From Octopus sinensis (Eukaryota): a DNA stretch of 64,000 nt. Numbering within the stretch: position 1 is the stretch's first letter; every line of letters starts with the position of its first letter. A model generated the notes under the pieces. It had not been told where the DNA came from. It saw only the letters and a program-made list of their open reading frames with translations, and made no database searches. Where the stretch lies: NCBI RefSeq assembly GCF_006345805.1, contig NC_042997.1, forward strand, positions 41,416,001-41,480,000, read 5' to 3'. Below are positions 1-12,335 of the stretch, in pieces. Both the position numbers and the translations under genes were made by a program.

Positions 1-3000
1 TGGGGTCTGGGAAGCCAGGGGCTGCACCAGGCTCCAGTCTGATCTGGCAGTGTTTCTACAGCTGGATGCCCTTCCTAACGCCAATCACTCTGCGAGTGTA
101 GTGGGTGCTCTTTACATGCCACCTGCACAGGTGCCAGCGGGGGGTCTGGCATCGGCCACGATCGGTTGGAGCTTTTAATGTGCCACCGGCACGGAAGCCA
201 GCCAAGGCAGCGCTGGCATCGGCCACGTTCGGATGGTGCTTTTTATGTGCCACCGGCACAGAAGCCAGTCGAGGCGGCGCTGGTAACGGCCACATTCGGA
301 TGGTGCTTTTTATGTGCCACCGGCACAGGTATCACAACTACTATTTCCATTGATATTTGTTTCGATGTTCATGTACATGCACTTGACTCAACAGGTCTCC
401 TCAAGCACAGCGAGATGGTCTGGGACCCATGGTACTTTCAATGGCCAGGGGCTATTGGAACTGGTGCCGGAAGCATCCCGGGTCTTTGCAGTCACAGCAC
501 ATCTCCTGAGATCTCGGTCCTTCGCCATTGCCTCAGTGAAGCCCAACGCTCTGAGGTCATGCTTGACTACCTCATCCCATGTCTTCCTGGGTCTACCTCT
601 CCCCCTGATTCCTTCAACTGTTTGGGAGCGGCACTTCTTCACACATCTCTCCTCATCCATCCGCAGTACATGACCATACCATCGCAAGCGTCGCTCTTGC
701 ACACCACATCTGATGCTTCTTATGTCTAGCAGTTCTCTCAGGGTGCTTACACTCTGTCGTGTATTAACACTGACATTACACATCCAGCGGATCATGCTAG
801 CTTCATTTCTTTCAAGTCTACGCATGTCCTCTGCAGTCACGACCCATGTTTCACTACCGTGAAGCATGGCAGTTCGCACACATGCATCATACAATCTACC
901 TTTCACTCTGAGTGAGAGACCCTTTGTCGCCAGTAGGGGTAGGAGCTTTCTGAACCTTGCCCAGGCTATTCGTATTCTAGTGGTGACACTCTCTTAGCAT
1001 CCACCTCCACTACTAACTTGGTCACCTAGGTAGCGGAAACTATCAACTACTTCTAGTTTCTCCCCCTGGAGTGTGATGGAATCTGTTTTCTGAGTATTTG
1101 TGGTGTCTATTGTCCCTGTGCATCTGCCACACATGAAAACTATCTTATCAGTTAATTTCCCTTTGATGTTGCTGCACCTCTTATGCGTCCATAGCTTACA
1201 TTGGGTGCATCTTATGGAGTTTCTACATACACTTTTCCTACAGATTGAGCGGGGCCACTTGCCCGATGGGGTGTGTGCTGAGTTCGCTTTTCTGCTTACT
1301 ATAACTTTGGTCTTTGCTACATTTACTCTAAGGCCCTTTGATTCTAACCCTTGTTTCCACACCCAAAATTTCTTTTCTAGTTTTGGTAGTGATTCTGATA
1401 TGAGAGCCAGGTCATCAGCATAGAGGAGCTCCCAGGGACAACCTGTTTTGAATTCCTCTGTTGTTGCCTGGAGGACTATGATGAATAAAAGGGGACTGAG
1501 GGCTGAGCCTTGGTGTACACCTACTTCTACCCGGAATTCTTCACTATATTCGTTGCCAATCCTAACCTTGCTGACAGCCTCTCTGTATAGGGCCTGTACA
1601 GCCCTTATTAGCCATTTGTCAATCTCCAGTTTCCACATAGACCACCAGATAAGGGATCAGGGGAACCTGTCAAAGGCTTTCTCCAAGTCCACAAAAGCTA
1701 TGTAGAGGGGTTTATCTTTAGCTAGGTACTTCTCCTGCAGTTGTCGGACCAGGAATATAGCATCAGTGGTGCTTCTACCCGGCACAAAACCGAACTGCAT
1801 CTCATCTAAGCAAATTCTCTCCCTAATGAGATGGGTTATGACCCTCTCTGTGACCTTCATCACCTGATCCAACAGTTTAATATCCCTGTAGTTATTTCTA
1901 TCTAGAGCGTCACCTTTACTCTTGTAGCAGTTGACTATATGGTGCTGCTACGCTAGTCATTGGGTATAGCTCCGTTATGTACTACCTGGTTTACAATGCA
2001 GGTGACTAAGCCATACCCCACACCACCAGATGCTTTAAGCATCTCAGCAGTGATTCCTGATGGCCCAGGGGTTTTTCCTAGCTTCATATCCTTAATTGCT
2101 TTAACTACTAGGGAGCTGTCGATTTGGATAGTTGGTCCCTCTTCTGGGTCAACATTTGGAAGTCTCTTCTCCTCCGATTCATTCTCCACATTCGGCAGTC
2201 TTTCATAATGGCTTTTCCAAGCCTCTTTCTTTTCAGAATCACTAAAAGCAAGTGCACCATCATCCATTCGAACACATTTCTCTCCTGTGGCATCACAATT
2301 TTCTCTCACACACTGTCTTGCAATCCGAAATACCTCAGTTCTTTGGTCCTCATGTCTCTGGACATTGGCAAACTTCTTCTTTTCTGCTTCACTCTTGGCT
2401 ATGTATACCTGCCACCCAGCCTCCTTTCTGGCTACATGTTACTGTTCCTTGCTACCACCATCCTTCAAGGCTTTCTAGGCCTGTTTCTTTGCTCTAATGG
2501 CTTTGTCTACTGTTCTATTCCACCACCATGTAATTCTGGGCCTGGAAGAGACTTTGCACCATCCACAGACTTGGTCTGTGGCACTCAGTAAGCTGTCCCA
2601 TAGGAATTTCCAGCTACCTTCTATGTCCGACATCTGTAACTCCTCCTCCCTGTCATCAAATTTCTTGCTGAGAATGTCCCTAAATCTTTGACCATGTGAA
2701 GGCTTCTTTAGCTTCCATATTCTTTTTTTCTGGATTGGTCTGCTTCTAGGTATCCTTCTGGCCTCAAGCCTAAAGTCACTAATATGCTAGGGAGTACATT
2801 CTTCACCCGGGAGGGTCTTTGTATTGAAGAGCAACCATGCGTCCCGCTGTCTGGTGAGGATGAAATCAATCTGGCTTACAGAGTTTCCTCATTGATAGGT
2901 TGTAAGGTGGCTGTCTGGCTTCCTGAAGTTAGAGTTGCAGATTAAAAGGTTACATGCATCACAGAATTCCAGTGGCCTAGTCCCCTCATTGTTTCGGGTG

Positions 3001-3054
3001 CCAATACTATGGCTACCATGTACCCCAGTGAAGATACCAGATTCCCACCCAACA
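1..3054 (-). mobile_element. RTE-clade LINE, 5'-truncated and frameshifted (end of APE endonuclease, RT, C-terminus, 3' UTR)
   Basis: ORFs 1657-1872 (QFGFVPGRSTTDAIF..FVDLEKAFD), 994-1638 (GVHQGSALSP..LLYADD) and 388-906 (LHGSETW..RLRWYGHV..RGRPRKTW). 3' UTR motif GTTGGCGTTAGGAAGGGCATCCAGC on the minus strand near 55-85. Confidence 0.93.
105..330 (-). repeat. 67-bp tandem array (about 4 units) in RTE 3' UTR
   Basis: GTGCCACCGGCAC recurs near 116, 180, 247 and 314. Confidence 0.85.
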
Positions 3055-3180
3055 TACATATATATATATATATACAGATAGATAGATAGATAGATAGATA
3101 GATATTTTAAAGAATATATTTCTATTTTAAAAGATTCTTTACGTATATATATTAATTAATTATTTTATTATTGTAGTTAT

Positions 3181-3287
3181 TTTTAACCTGATGAGTGGCT
3201 ATATTTATATTGAAATGATTTTACTACTAATACTATTTTTACTATAATCATTTCTTAAATATAACCACGAAACATGTGTCGTCATTC
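3181..3287 (+). ncRNA. Type I hammerhead ribozyme-like motif (Penelope type), weak stem I
   Basis: CTGATGA 3188-3194; long stem II (GTGGCTATATTTA/TAAATATAACCAC and GAAATGATT/AATCATTTC); GAAAC-ATGT-GTC 3269-3280. Stem I has only about 2 bp. Confidence 0.5.
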
Positions 3288-3329
3288 TACCAAATATATA
3301 CATTTTATTTATCATTTTGCACCTTATTT

Positions 3330-3787
3330 AATCATCGGTATATCAGTTCGATCTGATATCCTGAAGAAGTTGGAGTGCTTCCTGTTCCTATAAACGAACG
3401 TCTAATGACTGTAAGATTGCACCTGAAAGGTGGGTGGTTTGCTACTCTAGTAAGTGCCTAAGCACTCGCTTTGACTAGTTGCAATGAAGATAAAGCTATT
3501 TTTATACCCAGCTGAGAGCCATACTTAGGAAAATCCTCAATTCTGAGTCATTCTATTGGGAGATTTCAAAGCCAGGGTTGGAACAGACCGGCAAACATGG
3601 AACTCTCTAGAGCATTTTGGAGTAGGGAAAATGAATAGCAATGGTCTCATGCTGCTGGAGCTTTGCAATAAACATGGACTTTACATCGCAGGCACTCACT
3701 TTATGCACAAAGGAGATCACACAACAACGTGGATGCATCCAAGGTCTAAAGTTTGGCACCGATAGGATTTTTCATCACCTGCAAGCA
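3330..3787 (+). mobile_element. RTE-BovB-like APE endonuclease fragment
   Basis: Reads PINERLMTVRL..TLVSA..GDFKARVG..HFGVGKMNSNGLMLLELC..TWMHPRSK..WH, with stops and frameshifts. Confidence 0.85.
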
Positions 3788-3924
3788 TTAGGGTTTTAGG
3801 TATAATGATAACACTTGAGTATAAGTGACGTTGAATCATTATATTCTCCCTTACTCAGAGAAAAGCCAAAATAAATAATAGAACCTAAGAGAAAGCTTAA
3901 GGTTTAAAACCGAAAACCGCCATA
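3788..3924. repeat. About 137-bp dispersed repeat; inverted copy at 36847-36982
   Basis: TTAGGGTTTTAGGTATAATGATAACAC...CCGCCATA matches the reverse complement of 36847-36982; the first ~80 nt are identical. Confidence 0.9.
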
Positions 3925-4489
3925 ATATATACATATGCAAACTTTACTTCCAACTTAATGTAGAGGTCATGTTAGAACAGAGAGTACTCCATTATTTGCC
4001 TCAAAAGGACCTCCCACAGGGCCTTGGGTGCATAAAATTACTCATATTTATATTTTTAAGAGACGAGAACCATCTGCTATAATCACTATTACTGCTAGAT
4101 GACATTATTTCATCTTGCCTGGATTCTTCAGTAGGAGACATCTAGTTGTGACATAACAGCCAAATCTTTTGACCATATATAGAATTTCAGTATCTGTTAA
4201 GGCACTGATTTTGCAAATAGCCAGCAAGTCTATGAAAAAGGTAATTAACAGCAACAGAAGCAATAGTAATACCAACAGGCAATTTTTATATCCAACTAAA
4301 TGTGGATGTTGTGTTTGAGCACCAAATACTGCGTTATTTACCATGAGAGGATGTCTCATATGGATGTCTGGTGCATAAAAGCACTCATATATTGTTGGCA
4401 GACAAGACTCGTCTGCTTAGGTGCTAGGACTGCCACACACTCACACAACAACAACAAATACTGTTCTTCTAGAATGTCAGCTGTGCCAC

Positions 4490-4870
4490 AACAGGCCTCT
4501 TTTCAATTCCCGTCCACCAAATCCACTGGAAGGTTTGGGCCAAACCCAGGTCTATAATGAATGACTTGCCCAAAATACCTTGCCAGGGAACTGAACCAGA
4601 AATCATGTGGAACATCAACCTTTTAACCATAACCAACCACATCTTCTACAATAATATATATATATATATAATATCATCATTGTCATCATTTCACCTCTGT
4701 TTTTGATGCTGGCAAGGCCGGAGAGCTGTCCAAGTACCAATTTTCTCTTTTGGTATAGTTTCTATGGCTGGATTCCCTTCCTTTCCAGAATGCCAACCAC
4801 TTTAGAGAATGCACTGGGTGCTTTTTCTGGGACACCGTCACAGGAGCTGGTGCCACGTAAAAAGTGGGGT
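4490..4870 (-). mobile_element. Decayed SINE (family B) followed by an RTE-tail fragment
   Basis: CCAAATCCACT..GACTTGCCCAA..GAACTGAACC matches the reverse of SINE 23861; GGCTGGATTCCCTTCC..GCCAACCACT matches the RTE tail. Confidence 0.6.
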
Positions 4871-5060
4871 TGCCAAGTTACTTGCAAGACAAAGACTTTT
4901 AGTTGAGACGGAGAGTGAAACCAAGGGAAGTGGATGGATGCCAGAGGAGAGGTTAGAGCATGAGAGAGGGACAGGATAGTTGCCTTGCTATACACTAAAT
5001 AGTGTAATTACTCTTTCTGTGCCAATTAATTTGAACAGAAACAAAATGGTAAATTCTTAC

Positions 5061-5309
5061 CTGTACTGATGGCAGGAATTGCAATTGATGTATAAGACAT
5101 TTCTTCAAGACCTGCCAAACAATTTCGAACAGCTCTTGAAAGGTGAAAAATTTCCTCAGTTTGTCCATCATTCCAAACGGGTCCAACAACATGAAGGATA
5201 GCCTTGCATTTGAGTTTACCAGCTTTAGTTGACACTACTTCTCCAGGTGTCAGTTCACTCTTTCTTTCTTTCATAATTCTGTTAGATTCAGCTTGAATTC
5301 CAAACCCAC
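5061..5309 (-). CDS. PARP14: Macrodomain exon (C-terminal half of a macro domain), PARP14/PARP9/PARP15-like; symbol is family-level only
   Basis: tctttgcAG acceptor and G/gtaag donor; 249 nt, phase 1-1; translates GGFGIQAESNRIMKERKSELTPGEVVSTKAGKLKCKAILHVVGPVW..SIAIPAISTG, with the macro motifs T.AG.L.CK.I.H.VGP.W and SIAIPAISTG. Confidence 0.85.
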
Positions 5310-5984
5310 CTGCAAAGATATTTGCATTCTTATGTTCCTGTTTAATACATGTTAATATGTGTTAATATGTGTAATATATTAATATATTATTTCAATACCT
5401 CAGCGAAAAAATATGAATCTCAGAAGATGCTCAGATAAGAAGTTTTGTCTTTTCAACCTCGTCACTTACTCTTCTATTTCTGCACAAATCATAAACCCCT
5501 TGTTAGTTCTTTTCATTATTCTACCTATTTCATTACCATGTAGACATGTAAATATAGTTTCAATAGTTTCGTCTTCCCTGTTTTTGCCTTTAATATAACC
5601 TTAGCTCAAGCAATTCCTTAACCGCAACATATTCATTCATTCATCTATGAAAGTCTATCACACAGTCACTTTATTTCTCTAATTTTGTCTTAGACTGGCT
5701 CTCAGATTCTTCAATTCTATTTTACTCTTATCAACATTTGCTGTCTCGTTAAATTAACTATGCCACACAAATCCCAAAAGAATATTTTTCTACCTCGTGT
5801 TCTGAACATCTCTACCCACCCTCTCTCTCTGTCTTTGTCTCGCTCTCACTCTGACTGTGTGTCTCTCTCTTTTTCGATTACCACTCGCCTCGCCAAGACT
5901 TCCTCCTCTTCCACCAACACCACCACCCTATATATACTAGTGCATGCACTCGGATTCCCCAATTCGATTTTTAATAAGATGGTG

Positions 5985-7815
5985 GTGGAACAATGTTGTT
6001 GACAGGGCTATTAGAGAAAAGAAACAGGCTTGGAAAGACTGGAAGAACGGTGGTAGCAGGGAAGTGTATCAGACTCCCAGAAGGGAAGCTAGGTGGCAGG
6101 TTTATTTAGTCAGAAGGGAAGCAGATAAGGAAAAATTTGCCAATGTTCTGCGCCGTGAGGATCAAAGACTTGAGGTATTTCGTGTTGCAAGACAGTGTGT
6201 GAGAGAGAATCGTGATGTTGTAGGAGAGAAATGTGTTCGCATGGATGATGGTTCTCTTGCACTAAATGAGGCCGCAAAGAGAGAGATTTGTAGATGCCAC
6301 AATGAAAGGTTGCTGAATAAAGAAAATGAATGGGAGAAAGAGGGTCTGCTGAATGTTGACCTCACAGAGCGACCAGCTATCCGAGTTGACAGTACCTTGG
6401 TAGATAAAGCAATTAAGAGTATGAAGACCGGGAAAGCCACTGGCCCATCAGGCAGGCAAACCACAAATCCCTTCAGGTAGATGGCCCTGCTCGATCTGTA
6501 GAAATGGCGTAGGTAGAAACTCTATAAGATGTACCCAGCGTAAGCTATGGACACATAAGAGGTGCAACAATATCGAAAGAAGGCTAAGTGGGAAGATAGT
6601 TTTTGTATGTGGCAGATGCTCAGGAGCAATAAATACTGAAAATGTGCAGAGAAGAACTTCTGCCACATTCCAGGGAGAAAAACTAGTAATTGATAGCTTC
6701 CGTTACCTAGGTGACCATGTCAGTAGCTGTAGGTGGGAATGCACTGAAAGTGTAGCTGCTAGAATAAGAATAGCCTGGGCAAAGTTCAGAGAACTCTTAC
6801 CTCTGCTGGTGAGTAAAAGGTAGATTGTATGACGCATGTGTATCAACAGCCATGCTACTTGGCAGTGAAACATAGGCTATGACTGCTCACGATTTGCGTA
6901 GGCTCACAAGGAATAAAGCCAATATGATCCGCTGGATGTGTAATGTCAGTGTGCATACTCGACAGAGTGTAACTACCTTGAGAGAAAAGTTGGACCTAAG
7001 AAGCATCAGATTGGGGTGCAAGAGAGATGACAGTACTGGTATAGTCATGTGGCGAGAATGGATGAGGACAGCAGTGTGAAAAAGTGCCACACCCTAGCAT
7101 TTAAGGGAACCTGTGGAAGAGGTAGACCCAGGAAGACCTGGTTCGAAGTGGTGAAGCATGACCTTCGAACATTAGGCATCACCGAGGCAATGACTGGTGA
7201 CCGAGACTTTTGGAAATATGCTGTGCTTGAGAAGACCTTGCAAGCCAAATGAGACCATAACTTTGCGTCCTATGCCAGGGGTGTAACCAGCCCACTTATG
7301 TGTACCTTTCCTTCTTTGGACACTAAACTCTGCTTGCAAAGACCTGTTGAGGCAAGTGAAATCGAAATCAGATTTGATGACTGGCATCCCTGCTAGTGGA
7401 GCACTATGAGCACCATCCATGAGTGATCGTTGCCAGAGCAGCTAACTGGTTTCCATGGCGGTGGCACATAAAAAGCACCATTCGAGCGTGATTGTTACCA
7501 GCGTTGTCTTAGTGGCACTTGTGCTGGTGGCATGTGAAAAAACATTTGAGTGAGGTCGTTGCGAGTGCCACTGGATTGGCACATAACAAACACCATTTGA
7601 GCGTGGCTGTTGCCTCAAGCTAACTAGGTTCTGTGTTGGCGGCATGTAAACGCACCCACTACACTCTCAGAGTGGTTGGCGTTAGGAAGGGCATCCAGCT
7701 GCAGAAACTCTGCAAGATCAAGATTGGAGTCTGGTGCAGCCATCTGGTTTGCCAGTCCTCAGTCAAATTGTCCAACCCATGCTAGCATGGAAAGCAGATC
7801 TTAAACGATGATTAT
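5985..7815 (+). mobile_element. RTE LINE with RT core internally deleted; C-terminus and 3' UTR retained
   Basis: 5944-6480 ORF is the pre-RT region ending KATGPSG; at ~6450 it jumps to PSGRWPCSIC..; then RGRPRKTW, hairpin repeats at 7440-7650, and the tail GTTGGCGTTAGGAAGGGCATCCAGC ~7675-7700 with GAT/TAT repeats. Confidence 0.88.
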
Positions 7816-8074
7816 TATTATTTTTATTATAAATATATTTTGTTATATATATCAATATATATATTACATTTTAATTCTATTTTACTTGTATACACACACA
7901 CACACACGTATATGTATATATTTTTTTTCTTCACAAACCCTTTTGATTGGAATTTGACCCACTTCTTTTTTTTGGTTTCTTCTCTACTTCCTTCCAAAAA
8001 GAAAAGCTCTACTTTGTATTTTGTCCCTTCTGTATTCAGCCTCGTGTGGCCAATAAAGAAACACATATATACAA

Positions 8075-8365
8075 CAGACTGTTAGTGTATTGAGAGAGAA
8101 GTTTGGCAGAAGAAGAATTGGATGCAGTCTGTGAGAGAAGACAGTGCTGGTTTGGCCATGTGATGTGGATGGATGCTGACAGCTCCACAAAAAGTGCCGT
8201 ACATTCAAAGTGGATGGAACTTGTGTAAGAGGGAGACCCAGTAAAACAGAGGACGAAGTTCTGAAGGAGAACCTCCGAACGGTGAACCTTGTGGATGAGA
8301 TGACAAAGGACTGAGATATCTGGTGCCTTGCTGTGCTCAAGAAGACCTGACCTCCACAGCAGAAG
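8075..8365 (+). mobile_element. RTE C-terminal fragment
   Basis: Degenerate ..KCRTFKVDGTCVRGRPSKT..; homologous to 6960-7240. Confidence 0.7.
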
Positions 8366-8849
8366 TGTATCAACTTTATGCTTAGAGAAAATTGGAAGTG
8401 TCTAACATTTTGAGCCTACTCTTTGACAGAAAGAATAGAAGAAGAGAGAGAGAAGAGAAGAAACCCATGTCAGAGTGTCACTACAAGCTGAAATGATGGG
8501 AGGAGGAAGAGGTTGCTGAAGGTGTCAGTGGCTCTGGCAACCAAGGGAGACATCTATGAGAGCTGATTTTAAGTACGAATAACAAGGGAGACAACAATGA
8601 ACTTGGCACGTGTATGTGAGCACACATGTGTATGAGACTACTGTGTATAAGTATCTATGCATGAGTGTATGTATGTCCATGCTTTTGGTTTATGTGTGTG
8701 TGTATAAGGCTATGCGATGTAACTGTGTGTGCAAGCAAGTGGATGTATATAAAGCTATTGTGTGCATGTATACTGTGTGTGTGTGTTCATGCGTGTTGGT
8801 ACGTACATGTGTATGTATATGTGTGTGTGTGTGTCTGTGCACCATAATT

Positions 8850-9030
8850 TAGTGTCCATGGCTGGGTGTCCTTCCTGTAGCCAAGTGTCACATGTTTCCA
8901 AATGAGGGAATATTTCTCCATGGTCAGACATGTTTTTCATGGAAGACTGGAAATGACACAACATCACTTGTGTGATGGTGATGTTCATTTACAACCATCG
9001 TGTGCTGTCAACACCTGGCTACTCACCCTC
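8850..9030 (-). mobile_element. Short RTE-tail-derived repeat (same family as 59485-59730)
   Basis: GGCTGGGTGTCCTTCC..CAGACATGTTTT..GGAAGACTGGAAATG is shared with 59570-59670. Confidence 0.6.
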
Positions 9031-9184
9031 ACACACACACACACATATATATATGTATGTATTACAAAATATAAAGTTATATCTTGAGTGACAACAACAC
9101 TCAAGATATACAACGGACTGGAAATAGAAGTGCTCCAATGAGCTGTATACACCTTTTATAAAAAAGTATATATGTATGTATAAA

Positions 9185-9350
9185 TGATGAGCTTCTTTCA
9201 GTTTCTATCAACGAAATCCACTCCCAAGGCTTTGGCCAACCACTGACCTATAACAGAAGACACTTGTCCAAAATGCTGTGAGTGGAATTGAACCTGAAAC
9301 CACGTGATCAGGAAGTTAGCTTCTCAACCACACTTGGATCTATGTTTGTT
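9185..9350 (-). mobile_element. tRNA-derived SINE family B, partial
   Basis: Reverse complement matches 23861-24005 (GGGCTTCTTTCAGTTTC..AATCCACT..GAAGACACTTG). Confidence 0.7.
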
Positions 9351-9379
9351 CTAGCGGTGTCACCCATAATTATGACCCT

Positions 9380-10300
9380 AGTATCGATCTATTGTCTTTC
9401 AATCTGTTTTAGGGTTAGGGTTAGGGGTGGGGGAAGGGTATCTTTTTTTCTTCACAAATGTAAATAAACCCAATGTGTTTCTTAAACAAGGGACATATTC
9501 ATATGGCATAGAATGCTTTTTAACTCAACAGATGCCAGTGATTGGTTGAAATTGCAGAAATTGAAGAAATTAAAGATCAAATATCTTACAAACCATAGAA
9601 TTTTCTCAATAAAGCCAAGAGAAAAAGATGTTTTATAAACACATTCTACCAGTATACGAAGTTTAACATTTTTTAGTTAACTAGAAACTATGTTAAAAAC
9701 TGCCATTCAAACTGAAAAGATCCAAATAATGTTTTCTTTTGACACATTCTACCAGTATACGAAGTTTTAGAGTGTTTAGTTAACTAGAAACTGTGTTGAA
9801 AACTGCCGTTCAAAAGGAAAAGACCCCCTTTATGTTTGTCCCCTCTGTGGGTAGTAAAGAAAAAGAAAAGAAAAAAAAAAGAATGAGATGGCATTTGGTA
9901 AATTCCATAAATTCACTGAACGTACACATGGCAGAGACATAAAGGGACCCGTCTGCCCCTTTAGATAAAAAAAAATTGTTTTTATGGAATCCCACGTTTT
10001 CGGCTATGGAGATTTCCGATTTTGAAAAGAATAACTGTTTGTAAAATTTCAATTAAAGAAGACCAAAAAAAAAAAACCCAGAGATTACCGCAACCCCCCG
10101 AATCAGAAGATAGTCGAAGTATATCGCTGGGTCATTTGGGCGATATGAAGTGGTCTGGCATTGACGGATCTATGTTTCGAGAAATTTATGGATTTACAGC
10201 GAAGAAAAGATTCCCAGAATTTCTTATAACATTTCTCAAACCCTTTTGCCCAAGTTTATTCCCAACGGCCGTCATGAAAACAAAAACACTTTCATTTCAC
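9380..10300. repeat. Unclassified interspersed repeat with (TTAGGG)3 and an internal ~103-bp direct duplication
   Basis: TTAGGG x3 at 9409-9426; ACACATTCTACCAGTATACGAAG...AAACTGCC..TCAAA at 9639 and 9742. Confidence 0.5.
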
Positions 10301-10346
10301 TTTGTCACATATTACTCTGAGGAAATTACTCTGAAAGAAACCTTTC

Positions 10347-10880
10347 ACAGATATATTTACCAAAATTACATAAAAATATCTTGAAATACTAAAGAGTAAA
10401 TAAATTCAATAAAATCGCCATTGGCTTCAACCATGGCCTCCAGATGACTTCGGAATCTCCTGCAACTCTTTTGGACGGTCTCCTTGTTTAAGTTGGCGAA
10501 TGCTGCCATAATCCTTGCCTTCAGTTCATACTTGGTAATACAATTGTTTGGCAGCCTCATGAGGCTGCCAGACAATTCTTGCGACCACATCACTCCTAAA
10601 GTCTGGTCACCTAGCTCCCCAGATTGCCATCCACTTGGCTATTATGTGTGGGACGCAGTTGAGCGAGAAGCCAATAAAAATCCTTGTATTACCAAGTATG
10701 AACTGAAGGCAAGGATTATAGCAGCATTCGCCAACTTATACAAGGAGACCGTAGAGAAGAGTTGCAGAAGATTCCGAAGTCATTTGGAGGCTGTGGTTGA
10801 AGCCAATGGCGATTTTATTGAGTAAATTTACTCTTTATTATTTCAAGATATTTTTATGTAATTTTGGTAAATATGTCTGT
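10347..10880. mobile_element. Foldback of a Tc1/mariner transposase 3' end (197-bp inverted arms)
   Basis: Plus strand reads W.PSSPDCHPLGYYVW..KETVEKSCRRFRSHLEAVVEANGDFIE; 10347-10543 is the reverse complement of 10684-10880. Confidence 0.88.
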
Positions 10881-11144
10881 TAAAATGAGATGACAGTGTT
10901 ATTTTCATTTTTGAGTAATTTAGATGACAGTTTATTTACTACACAGTTTTCTACAGTTTTCTTTATATTGCTCTTGATGCATCATCATCATCATCATCAT
11001 TCCTTCTTTCTTCAAATTTTCTTCTGTTTCTCGGCAAGTGTTTTCCGTACACCTAGGGCAGAGAAGCTCATTGTATGCATTCCCAGATTACACACGCAAA
11101 TTCACAGGTAAAATATGTATTTAAAAAATTAATAAATAAATAAA

Positions 11145-12335
11145 TTCCTGAATGGATGTTGTTTTCACAGCGATAGTGCTCTTCTCAGTACATGAGCCGT
11201 TCCAGTTAACACGATTTTTTGCACTTCCTGTAGGGATGGTAAGCCTGGTATCATTTTCAAATAGGTTTCAGTACCTTTTTTTAAATCATTCCTAGAGATC
11301 CCACAATCACTGGAAATGTAGTCACCTTGAGATGCCACATTTTTTCAATTTCTATTAGCAAGTCTATTTATATTTACTAATCATGTCAAATATCTTTCGC
11401 TGCTATATTGTGATCGCAAGGAATACTCATGTCAATTAATAAACACATCCTTTTTGTTTGATCTTTTATGATAATATGCGGTTTATTAGCTTTTATAGTC
11501 TTGTCGGTCTGCACGGGGAAGTCCCATAGAATCGACACATTTTCTTCTTCAGTCACAGCTTCAGGATGGTGTTTATACCATTTGCCAGCGGTTTTGATTT
11601 TCTAATGCCGACATATTGTTCAGTGTAAATACCGGCTGACTCTATCATGTCTTGCTTTATATTCTACAGGTGCTAAGACTCTACACCCTGAGATTAGGTG
11701 GTCTATTGTTTCAATCTCATCGTTACAGAATCAGCATTTTGGGTCAGCTCCATTTTTTATCACATTGGCTTGGTAGTTCCGGGTTAATATGCATTGGTCT
11801 TGAGCAGCTAATATGAAACCTTCACTCTCTGCTTTTAGCCCTGAGCTTCGTAACCATTGGTGCGTGTGTTTCTGGTCGACATCAGCTTGTTTGCTACGGG
11901 CCACATACTTGCCATGGAGAGGTTTCTGTTCCCATCTGCTAGCTAATTTTTCATGCGCTTTTGTCTTTGCAATTAATTTTATTTTCTTTGCAGCAGCAGT
12001 TGGCGCATTTCCTTCAGCCTGATCAATCTGGTAGGTATCTAAGAGATCAGTAGCGAATTTTTTGCTCTCTTTGAGAATAGAGTGAATTTTTTTCGGTCTT
12101 TCATGTTTTTCAACAAGTTTTAGCATCCAATCGTTGGTTGCTTCAAGGTATTTGGCCAGTTCGATTGTGGTGGTTTTGTATGTAAGTTCAAGCTGGATCA
12201 AACCTCGTCCTCCCTGAGCTCTGGGAAGGTAAAGGCGATCCACGTCTGCCTTTGGATGGTGCATCTTATTACAAGTCAGTAGCTTGCGGATTCTTCTTTC
12301 AATTTTCATTATTTCACTGGTATTCCAGTTAAGCA

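Noticed and set aside
9409-9426. Interstitial telomere or chromosome fusion site
   Set aside because: Only three TTAGGG units inside an interspersed repeat.
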